In this document: piece after piece, positions 37,001 through 49,000 of the stretch | Numbering within the stretch: the stretch's first letter is position 1 | Layout: the number at the start of each line of letters is the position of its first letter | Origin: Lama guanicoe | Taxonomy: Eukaryota | Direction: 5' to 3' | NCBI GenBank assembly: GCA_013239625.1 | Contig: MU053934.1 | Location: 3,304,399 to 3,368,398 of the forward strand | DNA length: 64,000 nucleotides | Notes under the pieces: model-generated | The model's database searches: none | Told to the model about the DNA's origin: nothing | The model's input: the letters and a program-made list of their open reading frames with translations, nothing else | Translations under genes and position numbers: made by a program

Positions 37001-40000
37001 CTGCCCAGACCCCACGTGTGCATGGATTCACTGAAGCCCTCCACTGCCCACAAGGCAGGCAGCGTAATCCCCTCAATTTACAGATGGGGAAACAGAGCCT
37101 CGAGGGAGGGTCAGGGGGTCGTCCAAGGTCACAGGGCTGAGAAGCAGCAGAGCTGGGATTCAAATCCAGGCGGCCTGGCTCCAGAACCCAGGCTCCCCAC
37201 CTTCTCTCTAGCACCATGGTCTCTTGAGATATTTGACCTCTCTCAGCCTCCTTCTGCCCCAGGGGACCACCTGGGGTGGGGACCACCACCCAGCCCAGTC
37301 CTGGTCCAGGGATTAGAGAAGGGGGTGTGGCCGTTGCTCTGTTAAGTGCTCACCACATGCCACGCATGCTCCTGGGCACCAGGCACCCTGCCTCACTTCC
37401 TCCTCTCAACTATCTGAACAGGGAGCCCTGCCGCTCCCTTTGCTGGGCACATCATAGAGGCTCAACCAGTCCAAGTGGAGGAGCAACCAAGGAGATCACC
37501 AAGAGGTGAGCAACCAAGTCTGGGCAGGGCCTCCTCCCTCAACTGCCAGAGAGTGCAGCCTGTCCTCTCCCTTTTGGGCCCCACCCTTGGCACCCCCCTC
37601 CCCAGGCCCTCACCCTGCCCTCCCAGCCTTGCTTACATTACTGCGGGGCCCCCGGTGTCGGCTGGAGGGCAGGCATTTCTCCTGAACTTCTAGGAGCTGC
37701 TGGGCTCTGTGGGGGTTGGGGGATCATGCATTTGCAGGGAGAAGGGGAGCCCCTCACCTCCTCTCCTCCAGGCCCCCATCCTATCCCAGAGGATAGCAAA
37801 GGAATGTGCGAGGAAGGAGAAAGAGTCCCCCACCCCAGTCCCAGCTCCCAGGGCTCTTGGCTGTGACACCTCTGATAATTGGGCACAGTGCCTCGGTCCA
37901 GGTCCCGCAGTGTGAGGGGGTCAACCCGCGTGCAGAACCACTCCTGCCGCCGCTTGTACGCAGGGTCCACCAGCCGCAGGATCTCTTGGGCCTTCACACA
38001 CAGGGCGTGGGGGTCGGCCCGCTCAGGTAGGTTGAGGTTGGCTCGAATGTAGAAGGGCTCGGCACCTGGCCTTTTCACCCAGGCGTCTAGGGCCTCATGG
38101 AAGGACTGGCAGGCTGGGCATGGACAGGGCAGGGGGCAGCAGGGAGGATAAGAGGAGGAAGAAGTCAGGGATCAACCTCGGAGAGGCCACAGACGTAGCC
38201 CTCTCGAGGACTAAGCGGCCAGGACCCCATCTTCCCCATCTTAAATGAGAGTCCAAGGCCCAGGGAGGGCAGGGACTGGCCCAAAACCACCAACCCCTCT
38301 AGGGACAGACCCAGGACCCGAACCCAGGCCTCCGGACTCCTTTCCAGTGCTCCTTTCACTGTAAGCTGCATACTGAAGACAGGACAGAGGAAGGGCACAA
38401 GAACAGACGACCAGCCAGGAGACAGCAGTGCAGAAGGGGAGGGCCAGGAGTCAGGAGGTGGAGTGGCCTCCCTCAGGCCTCAGTTGCCCCACTCACACCA
38501 TGGGCAGGATGAGCCCTCTCTTGCGCCCTCAGTTCTGACCATCCAGGACTCCTGAGTTCCCAGTACCTTCCCCCAGGCCAGACTTACCCTTGAAGTCCAT
38601 CAGGAAGGGGAGTGTGGATGCCTGGTTCCAGAGCAAGGTTCTCTGCTGGGCCTCCCCTTCCAGGCCTGCCCCCTCCAAGCCAGCAGCCTCTGCCCTTGGC
38701 TGGGAGAAAACACAGGCAGGGAGGGAAGTGAGTTTCCCAGGGCTTCCCAGGACAGCCCTGAGGCTGGAGAACACCGGGCGTGGGGTGGCTATGTCTCAAA
38801 AAATGAGACCTTCCCTCTCATTCTCATAGTCTCATAGTGCGTGTGCCCAGTCGGATCAGTGCTCACAGCAACAGGACTCCTGCCCCAAGCCTGGTTCAGT
38901 CTGGTCTTCCCCACGTGTAAGGGTGGGGAGCTGTCCAGGTGCAGTCAGTCTGCCCCGCCTCCCAGCCCCCGCCCAATCAGATTTCACTTAATGCTGGCTG
39001 AGGCGGGGCAACCAGCAGCTGGTCACTGAGCCCTCCTCTGCTTTGGCCAATCCCCAAAAACTGCGCAGTGACCTAGCTCCACCAATCAGAGGACACCCCG
39101 CCTCAGCTATCGCACTGACTCCGCCCCTAGCTCAGAGGGGCGGGGCCTCACCTCTCTTGGCTCCACCTTCGCAGACCCTGGCCCAGAGAGCACCCTCCGC
39201 ACCACGGCCCCAGACCAATTGTCCCCAGGGAACAAGCCATCTGAGCCCTTGTCCTGGGACTCGGGCCCCCCTGGGGGACTCCAGCCTGACACTCGGATGG
39301 CCAGAGACCTGAGAAGAGAGAAAGAAGATGGGAATTCGAGTTTAGTCAGGTATCTTGATTCAGTTCAACATTCTTGGAAAACCACAGTGATTCCCCCAAG
39401 GATGCCATGACTCCCACCATCGGGCCACTGCACCTGCTGCAATGACCTTCCCCCTCATTCTCCGCCTGGCAAATTATGCTCATCCTTCAAAGCTCAGGTC
39501 AAAAGAGGCCGCTCCCTCCAAGACCCCTGCACACAATGAGGCAGAGGCTTCCTGCCAGAGTGCCGTAGTTTTGTATTTTTCCTTTTGTTCCCTCCCTAAG
39601 AAAGAACACCCTGAGAACCAGCCTGCTATCATGTTCAACTCCGGATCCCTAGCCCCAAACACTGTGTCTGGCACATAGCAGATGACTTAAAAGCTTGTTA
39701 TGCTCACAGCCCAGGGAGGGAGGTCGCCCTTAGAACACAACACAGATCAGAGATGGTTACAGCCAGCAGTGGGAGCACAAAGGGGAACAGCTTCCCAGAG
39801 GAAGCAGCAGCTGGACTGCGTCACAGTGAAGAACAGAAGCACTTTGGGAACCGACAAGGGAGGACATGGTTCCAGGCTGAAGGGCTGGTATGGGCAAAGG
39901 AGTGGAGGACAGGATACAGGGTGGAAGAATTTAATAACAACATTAATAACAGGAGAAGCAACACTTACTGGGTGCCTCCCATGTGCCAGACACCACGCTA

Positions 40001-43000
40001 AGCTCCTTGCCCTAATTAACTCATTTAACATCCAGGGAAATAGCTCCAAGGCACCCTGGAGCCAGCCTGTGGAGGGCATGGAATGAACTCTGGCCTCCCT
40101 CTCATGGGCAGTGGGAACCAGGACAGTTAACACAAAGAGTCACCAAGATCCCCATCATGGCAGGACTCTGCCTGTCCCTGGACGAGAACTGGTGGCACCC
40201 TGTGGCCAGATTCAGAGAAAACTGACCAGAAGTCTCCCCATAACCCCTCTGCCATGGCTCTGGGGAGGGGAGAGGCCAGGGTCAGTGGGTGTTCCCCAGC
40301 TGGAGGGGAGGCCCAGGCAGAGCTGGGGCGTTCACTCACCTCCCCACCCACCCACCCTGGCAGCTGCTCCCACACTGCCACACTGCCCCCTGCTGCCAGC
40401 CGGGAGTGGGCAAGGCTGCAAGGACCTTAAGCCAATCAGCACCCATGCAGAGCGGGGAAACCCCAGCCTTGGGGAGTCCGTCTAGCTCCTGCCCCCTCAG
40501 TCAAAACAGAGAGCCAGGCCCAAAGGACTGTGGCTAGACATGGATGTTGGAAGCACCAGCGCCGCCTTTGCAGGCTTCTTCAGCCCTGGGACTGTCCTGG
40601 CCGCACTGATGTGGCAAGAAAGGCCTGGGGAGAGAGGAGAGGCCTGAGGCCGGGGCTGGCTATGCTGCCCAATGGCCGTACAGCTGAAGCAACACAGTCC
40701 AGCTCCAGCCCCAGTGTTAACCATATGAAGACTTGGGCAAGCGAGGTGGCCACTGGATTCTACCACCGCATGCATAAAGCAGGGGCACGCATCTCCCACG
40801 GTGGCTGTGAGGGTCAGGCAAATGTAGAGATAATGCAGGTAGAGGTGGAAACCAGAGGGCTCCAGGACCTTCCAGCTGCAGGCCTGCCCCAAAATGGGTT
40901 GTGCAATTCACTGGGTCCTAACCAACACTGGTTTTTAATGAGATGGGTTAGAAAATAGAAGCCTGCCTCCCTTCAAGTAAATGCAGCTATCTTCCTGTGC
41001 CCCTTTTGTTTCAGGCACATGTACTGGGCTTCCCTCAGTGTGGGCTGTGGTCAGAAGAGTTTGAGAAAGACGTGGAGGGTGCCAGCAGGAACTCTGGGGC
41101 CAGGCGGCCTGGCAGCCTACCTCTTGGCCTCAGCCATCCTATCTGCATCTAACTACCTTGTTGTACAATTCAGTGAGTTAAAACATGGGATGTTGTTAGA
41201 ACAGTGCCCAGGAAAACTAAGTGCTCAATAAAAATTAGACATTCATTGTCAACAGGTGTGACTCAAGACAAGTCACCTCCCTGTGGCCCTGTTTCCCCAC
41301 CCATTTCAAACCCACAGACAACTGACCATCACAGCTTCCCTAGTCGAGGGCCCGGCGAGCAGCCTGCACCCAGGCCCTCCAGGCCCCACCTGCTAGCCCC
41401 CAGCCCCTGCCTCGGCACACCCCTCCCTTCCCTGCAATTCCAGCATCAGGGCAAGTCCATGGCTACTCCAAGGTTTTCATGCTCCGAGACCCAGCTCAGC
41501 CATCCCTTCCTTCAAGATGCCCTGCCCACCTTCCTGAAGGACCAAGTGACTTCTCTGGGCCTCCACGGCCCCAGGCTACCACCTGGGGGCTCACTGCGGG
41601 GAGGATCCAGATCAGGTCCCTCAGCCCCAGGCCTCAGCAGACAAGTGGGTGGGAGAAGAGAGAAGAACACGAGTGGGGGTCTGCCTACACCAACCTCTCA
41701 GGACTCCTGGGTTTCCGGCAACATAATCTGATTGACCCCAACCCTGCCTGCGGGAAGGATAGGAGAAAACTCCTAACCCCTTCCCCCAGTGTCAGGTCAC
41801 AGGGGACCTGGGGGCACAGGGGAACGGGGCCAAGTCCTTCACTCTGCCAGCCTGAGCAGTGATGGCCCAAGTGGACTGGATGAGTGTTGTCCCACCCTAG
41901 AGCACTATGGGAAGATCCCTAGTCAGGTCAGGGACCCATGAAGCTGAGACTTAAGCATGTCACACAGATTACCTCACTGAACCCTCCTGACAACCCTAAG
42001 GGGGCCATCTGTTATTAAAGAAGAGGGAAACTGAGGCCCGGGGAAGTTATACCTTGATGAGAGTTACACAGCTGGTGGGTGGTGGAGTCAAGCAATGACC
42101 TATTCGAACCCTCCCTGTGCAAGGTCGGCCGGTTCCGGAGACCCTGTGTCTGTGTGACAAGTGTGGGCAAGGGCAGCCCTGCCAAGGTGACAGCACCCCC
42201 ATACTCTCCGAGTGCCCTCCCCACTCAGCAACTCACTTTCACTCTTTTCCACCGGCCTGTCCAACCTCTGGCCTGCCCCAGCATGCACATGCCCCCCAGC
42301 CCAGCTCGCCCCAAGGCCCTGGGAGCCAAGAAGGGCAGAGGAGAGCGGAGGGCTGAAAACGCCCAGCACACAGTGAGCACTCAACCCGAGCATGAAGTCA
42401 ACGCAGGTTCCACAGAACGAAAGGACAAAGGAATCCCGCGCTCCACCACCAAGAGGCCTTGGGAAAAATCCCTGACTCTCTGAGCCTCATTTTCTTCATC
42501 TGTATAATGGGGCTCGCAGGGCTACTCTGAGGATTAAGCCACAACAGCAATAATCATAATAGCTAAGAGCCAACTTACCACTGCCTGAGAGCCAGGCGCT
42601 GTTCTAAGCACTCTAATAGGAATACCCCAACCCCCACAATGACCTCAGGGGACAGGCACTACTGTGACCCCACTTTACAGAGCAGGAAACTGAGGCACTG
42701 GGAAATTTGCCCAAGGCCCCGTGGTCACAAGCGACAGAGCTGGGATTTCAGCTGGCTCCCAACTCTGTTCTTCCCCACTATGCTCTGAGCTGGAACCCTG
42801 CCCCCACTTCAGGACACATGCAAACAGCACCCCCCAGCCAGTTAGGGCTAAAACATCCTTGACCTCCCATCTGTTCACCCCTTTCTTCTCAGACCACCAC
42901 CCCTGCCCCTACCCCAGTCTGTGTTCTCCCCCATCTTCCCCCTCCCAGGAACTGTGTGGGCAGCAGAGGTGGCCCTATGTGATCGGGGCCCAGGTGGGGG

Positions 43001-46000
43001 TTGGACCAGAAACTCCAGCTCCCTCTGCTGCATCCCGGCGCCCCCTGGACAGCAGCCAGGACCCCTGCTGCAGGCCAGAGCGGAGGCAGGGAGGAAGGGC
43101 CGAGGCAGGCAGGAAGGGAGGCGCCTCCGCCCCTTCCCCTAGAAGCACGTCCTGCACAGTGAGAAACAATGTCACACTGGGCCCTGTGCCGGAGGGTGAG
43201 GGTGGGGGCAGGGACCTGGCCAGGGGCCTGGCCAAGCTGCTTCCAGGAGGCAGGAGGCCCCGGTTCTGCTCTGCTCTGATTTCTTGTCCTCTCTATCCAG
43301 CATCCCTGCATTACAGCTCTGACAATCAGTGCTTCCTATGTCCGCTCCAAAGCCCAAATCTGATCAGCTCACTCTGGACCTTGACCCTGGCACCTCCCAG
43401 CTGTGTGACCTCCAGCAAATCGCGTAACCTCTCTGAGTCTCAGTTTCCTCTTCCATAAAACGGGGGTAATCATAATAACACCTACCTCCCAGAACAGAGG
43501 GAATGCTGTAAGGCAGCCAGCAGCCCGCCTTGCATTTAGTGATAGCTAAGCCCGCCCAGGTTTCCCAGCTTGGACAAGCCAAAATCCACACTTCCCCAGC
43601 CTGACTCACAAAGCCTGCCCTGGCCTCGACTTTCGCCTTTTCCCCTCCCCCACCCTCACCCCCTGCTCCAGTCACCACCATACTCCAGGCCCTGGACAGC
43701 CTCCTTTTCCACGTCACCCAGCTGTCTGAGTTCAAAGGCCACATTCTCAGATCGGCCTCTTCTATTGCCCACCCTCCTGAGATCACTGACAGGCTTGACC
43801 AGGGAGGCCACTCATCCACCAGAACAGACAGAGCACACTGCCTGCAGCTCGCTCTGAGCCGATGTGGTTCATGACTCCGGTTGTGGGCCTGAGGCCAGCC
43901 CAGCTGCAGGGGCTCCCAGGGCGGCCCCACCCGACCCTCAGCACGAAGTTTGCTGGGAGGTTCACTCCTGCTGGGAGCTCCAAGCCAGGAGGACAGACGA
44001 GCAGAATGTCGGTACAAGTAACAGCTACCATTTACCGAGCATCCACCATACGCCTGGCGAAGCGGGGTGCTTTTCTGCGACAAGTCTTAAACCTCCAAAC
44101 ACCACCTGCAGAAGAGATAACTGTGCCTCTTTAGCCGATGAGGAAACTGAGGCCCAGAGAGGTGAAGTGACCAGCCCAAGTCTCCCAGATGATAAGCGGT
44201 GGTTTTGAATTCAATCTCTGCTTCTGTCTAAAGACCTTAATAGTCTGACAGCTGCATGAGGCAAAGATTTCACTGCTGCTCCCTCCCACCTTTCCCCTGC
44301 TCCACCCACCGCAGGCGGCTGGGATACCTGTTGAGGAGATCCAGGCCACAGCCTCTGGCCAGAAGGCCGTCCGGCTTTCCCAGAGGCCACACGCTGTCAG
44401 AGGATGAGGATGATGAGAGGCCAGGAGACCAGGGCTTAAGGGTCACACTCCCTGGGGAGGAAAAGTGAGGTTCAGTGGTGCCAGACTGAGCAATGGGAGA
44501 GGGCCGGGGTCCATGAGAAAGGGTTGAGTCCCTCGAGCCCAGGGATGGCCCAGGGCCCAGAGGCCTGGGACTTTGCAGGTTTGAGGCTCCAGGAACACAT
44601 TGGACCCACTAGCCTGGGCTGGCCAGGGTGACCTTTGAGTTTCCTGGAAAAAGGTGGAGGGTGGACTGGAACTGAGGAGGCCCATACAGGACAGCCAGGA
44701 CAGGGAGAGAGGACCAGGGTGGGCTCAGGGTGAGAGGTGTGAACCAACTTCCCCCAAGAGGGCAGAATCTCCCTGCCTGACCAGGGGACAGCAAAGCTTC
44801 AGGGAGGGGATGCAGGCCAAGGGCAGAGCAGGCAGCATAGGGCTCAGGTGGGCCCCCAGATGCACCCTCCCCATGGAGTCCCCTGGCCTTTACCTGTGAT
44901 GTCCGACATGCTGCTGAAGGACCTGGGCGGACAGAGGACGGGAGGGGCCGGCGTGAGGCACAGTGGGTGCTCAGCCCCAACCCCTGCTCCCGCCCCTGGG
45001 CCACCAGTAGGCCAGCAACACTCAAGCACATGCAAGCTAGACCCAAGGCGGGGGCCTCAGGCACAGGGTGCTCGTGCCATCCAATCCCCTTAAGGGCAAG
45101 AAGCTAACATCCTGAACTCTGCCCTGTGTCCTTCCACCTAGAAGGCCTGGCCTGTCCTCTAATGCCACTCCCTCCTGGAAGCCTGCCCTGACCACTCACA
45201 CCTCATCTCAGCCCCACTTTCCATCTCTGTCATTCGTGGCTCTGGGGTCTGCCTCCCACACTACACCATCACCTCCTCATCACACACCCATCATGGTGGG
45301 GTCACTCATCTGATCAAGCCAGTGACAGGGGGACATACACCAGGAGGCAGGACATCTCCTGCCCTCAGTCTTGCACCAGCAAACACAGTTCGGTTTTTCC
45401 AGCTCCCATTTACTGCCACTGCCTGAACCTGAGGCCTGACTTTCTTGCCTGAGGTCCCCGACCCCTTGGAACTGCCTCCGTGTCTCCTAGTCTTGAACCA
45501 CCCAGGCTTCCCCCTGGATTTAGGATCTTTGAGATTTAACCTCCAATGACTCTCATGCCAGGGTGCTCAGCAGGGACTGAACCCACTCTGTCCTTTGACC
45601 TTGTCTTAACCCTGGACCTCAGTTACACCTATGACTCCTGGGACCTGGAGCTCCAGCCATTCAAGGGCAGTAAAGGGAGGTGATAGACTGGACCTGACCC
45701 TGGCATCAGGGATTCTGGGAGATGGCTGTTTCAGGTAACAGCAGCACCTCCTCCCTGGGCCACTGCTGCCCTCTTCCCAGCCTGTTTACCTCTTAGGGGG
45801 TGCAGGGTCCTCCTCACGCTGCCGGCGGAGGATGGAACCAGCGCTGGGGGGGAAGGGCAGGATGGAGAGGCGGTTGATCTCCTTCTCGCTGTCGGTGGCC
45901 TCTTCCTGCAACACCATGGCAGGGCCTGGTCACCCCCAGGTACCTGCCTAAAACTCAACATATCTAGTCTGCGTCCATTTCACAGATGAGAACTAGGGCC

Positions 46001-49000
46001 CAGAGCAGAGGAGTGGGCTCTGTGGGGTTACGGTGTGAGAGTGGCTCCCCTGGTCTCCGGGTGCCCAGGCTCAGCTCTGAGCTCTCTGCATGAGCTTAAA
46101 TAAGGTACTTGGCCTTCGTGGACATCGATTTCCTCTCATGTGAAACAGAACTGTTAGCAAACTGGAAAGCACTCTACACGTCAGTAATTACACGACGGCC
46201 ATCAGTACCCCCCCATATCCGGACTAGGAGAGCTGTCTTACCGAGGTGTGGGGCTCAGAACCCCCCATGACAGCCGCCTCCCCCGCTGCTTCTGGGCCTC
46301 CGAGTGGGGAGGGGAACTCGCTCAGGCTCCAGGTACTGCTGAGGTTGGAGCACAGGGAATGGGAAGATGCACAGGCCTGGGAGAGGAAGAGGGCGGGGAG
46401 AGGTCAGCAGCGCTGGGCCAGGGCCAGCCACTGCCATTTTCTAAACGCCTGCCACGTGCCAGGACCAGGGACATGGTGGGGAATGAGGGAGCTGGATCCC
46501 TGCCCTCATGGAGCTCACTGCCGAGCAGAGGAGACAAACTATAAACAAGCAGACAGATGAAGGAAATAAAGCCCAGCTGCCAAAAGACTCAGGAAGGAAG
46601 GTACCCAGGGTGGGAAAGGCACTCAAAAGCCCCACCCAGCCTGGGGCATCAGAGTGCCTTCCAGAGAAAGTATGGTTGGAACTGAGAGCTTAAGGATAAA
46701 TAGGTGTTAAGTAGATAAAGTTCGAAAGGATGGTCTAGGCAGACGGAACAGTATGTGCAAAGACAGAACAGTATGTGCAAAGGCCCTGAGGCAGGACTGT
46801 GACACATTCCAGGAATTAAAAGGCTAAGACCCAGGAAACCAGGCTGGGAGTGGGAGCTGGGGTAAAGGGCCCCTCTGCAGGGCCTCTAGGGCATGGTAAG
46901 GGGCTTTGCCTTTCACCTAAAACCCACTGAGGACTTTTAACAGTCAGATATCACAGATTCATGCTTCCTTTGTTCTATTTCTTCAGGCATTAAACTCCTG
47001 GCTGATTGACAAGGAGTTTAAGCAAACCCAAGATGGGAAAAGACAGAGTTCCTGGCAGAGGTCTGAGAGCCAGTGTCTGGTTTGTAAGGGGTCTGAGAGC
47101 CCAGCTCCATTTGCTGGCTGGCTAAGTGATCCTGGGCAAGCCTCTGACTCTCTCTGGGCCCTGTGGGAACTGGACTAGCTAATCTCTGAGGGACTTGTAA
47201 GGCCCATGATTTGCATTCTAAGATGCTCACAGGCCCTCGGGCAGCCAGGCTTCTCCAAGTGTATGCTAAGACGGACTTCAAACTGTTCTCTGTGCCCTAG
47301 GTGCAACCCCAGAAACTCAGAGACCAACATGCTCCTGGCCTGTCCCCTGATGCACCAACCCTGGCCAAGAGTTCCAGCTCATACTCATGACCCTGCTCAC
47401 CTTGAGGTAGGGGCCGCCCTGGACCCGCTGCAGCTGCACCTCCAGCAAGGCCTTGGCCCCCTCCAGGCTGGTGAGCGTGGTCAGCAGCTCATCCCGCTCA
47501 GCCTCCAGGCCCCGCACCTGCTTCCGGTACTGGTCCTTCTCGATGAGGCTCTGTGAGTACTGCAGCTGGATCCGGTCTCGGCTCTGGATGGCCTGGCGAG
47601 AACGGGCAGGGAGGTGTTGGGCCAGCAGCCGAAGGAGCCCGGCTGGCTCAGCTGTCCTGGCCTCCGACCTCTTAGATGGGGGTGGTGGCAACAGGCACAG
47701 CAGGTAACATTTATTAAAGACTTCCCGTGGGCCAGGCCCCGTGCTAAATATCAGCTCATTTAATCTTCAGACAAACTCTCTAAGTTAAGAGATTTTTTGT
47801 TATGCTCATTTTATACACAGGGAAACCAAACCAGCAGGGACAGAGCTGCAGAATCCAGGCTCTGAGCATTTCCCAAAAACAACTTAAGGAGGGAGGGTAA
47901 TAGCTCAGTGGCAGAGCGCATGCTTAGCATGCACGAGGTCCTGGGTTCAATCCTCAGTACCTCTACTAAAAAGAAAAAAAAACAAAAACCATAAAACTTT
48001 CCTGTGAGATCTACTGTGTGCAGGGCACTCTATTCCCAGCCTCCAGGGTTCAAACCCAGCCACTGCACCAAAAGCACTTTTCCCCACAATGAAGACCAGG
48101 GTCCCTGAGAGCTGGGCCCATGGCTGGGACCTGCCACTCACTGTCTGAGAGGGAGCTAGGGCTAGAGACCTACGGGCTAGGAGCAGGTGGGTAAATGCAG
48201 GTTCCTGGGCCTACCCCAGACCACCTGAATCAGAATGTCTGGGGACGAAACTTCAAATCTGAATTTTCACCAGGCCCACCAGGGGATCCTAAGGCCCATT
48301 CTCATGTGTGGACTTCAACTCCTCTAGTGGGACTCAAATTTGGTCCAAGGACAAAACTTCCTGCCCGCCCCACTGCATTGGGAGCCTCAGACAAGGAGGC
48401 CGGGGGGCCCTCAGCCCACCCTGTAGCCTCAGGAGATGAGCACTGGGAGCGAGAACTTTTGAGAATTTCTTCATCAGCAAACATTTGTAAGCACCTCCCC
48501 ATGTAGACCTTGCCCTGGTCGTGGGGAGAACAAGGGATTCAGATGGAAAGGCTGCTGGGACCAACTTTTGTAACTGTCCCAGGAGCCCAGGTGAGGCAGG
48601 GGTGTTCAGGGGGCAGGGCTGGAGCATCTCGAGCGTTCAGGTCCCGTGTCTGATTCTCCTGGCCTACCTGCCCCATCTTAAATGAATGAGTGCACTGTTC
48701 ACCTCTGTCTACAATTCTGGTCCCACCTGCCCCTCCTCATCTTCCCCAGGACGAGAACCAGCGGCCAGAGAAGGGCTGTGCAGACCGCAGGACGGCCTCA
48801 CCTGGTCCCGCTCCTTCTCGATCTCCTCCAGCTGGGCCAGGACGGTGGCCATGCGGTGCTTGTACAGGTCACAGTCTTTCTGCAGCGTCCGGTGCTTCAG
48901 CCGCAGGTCCTCCATCTCCTGCAGGTACTGCGGGCAGGGCAGGACGGAGCAGGGTGGGACACACCCAGGGTCAGGTCCCAGGACTGGGGACCAGGGGAAG

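Noticed and set aside
46741..46782. 20-bp tandem duplication agac(g/a)gaacagtatgtgcaa
   Set aside because: Small slippage duplication inside an L2 remnant with no functional indication.
47888..47965. Possible tRNA-Ala(AGC) gene
   Set aside because: Followed by an A-rich tail instead of a T-run terminator, acceptor stem imperfect, and it matches the other SINE copies in the window.
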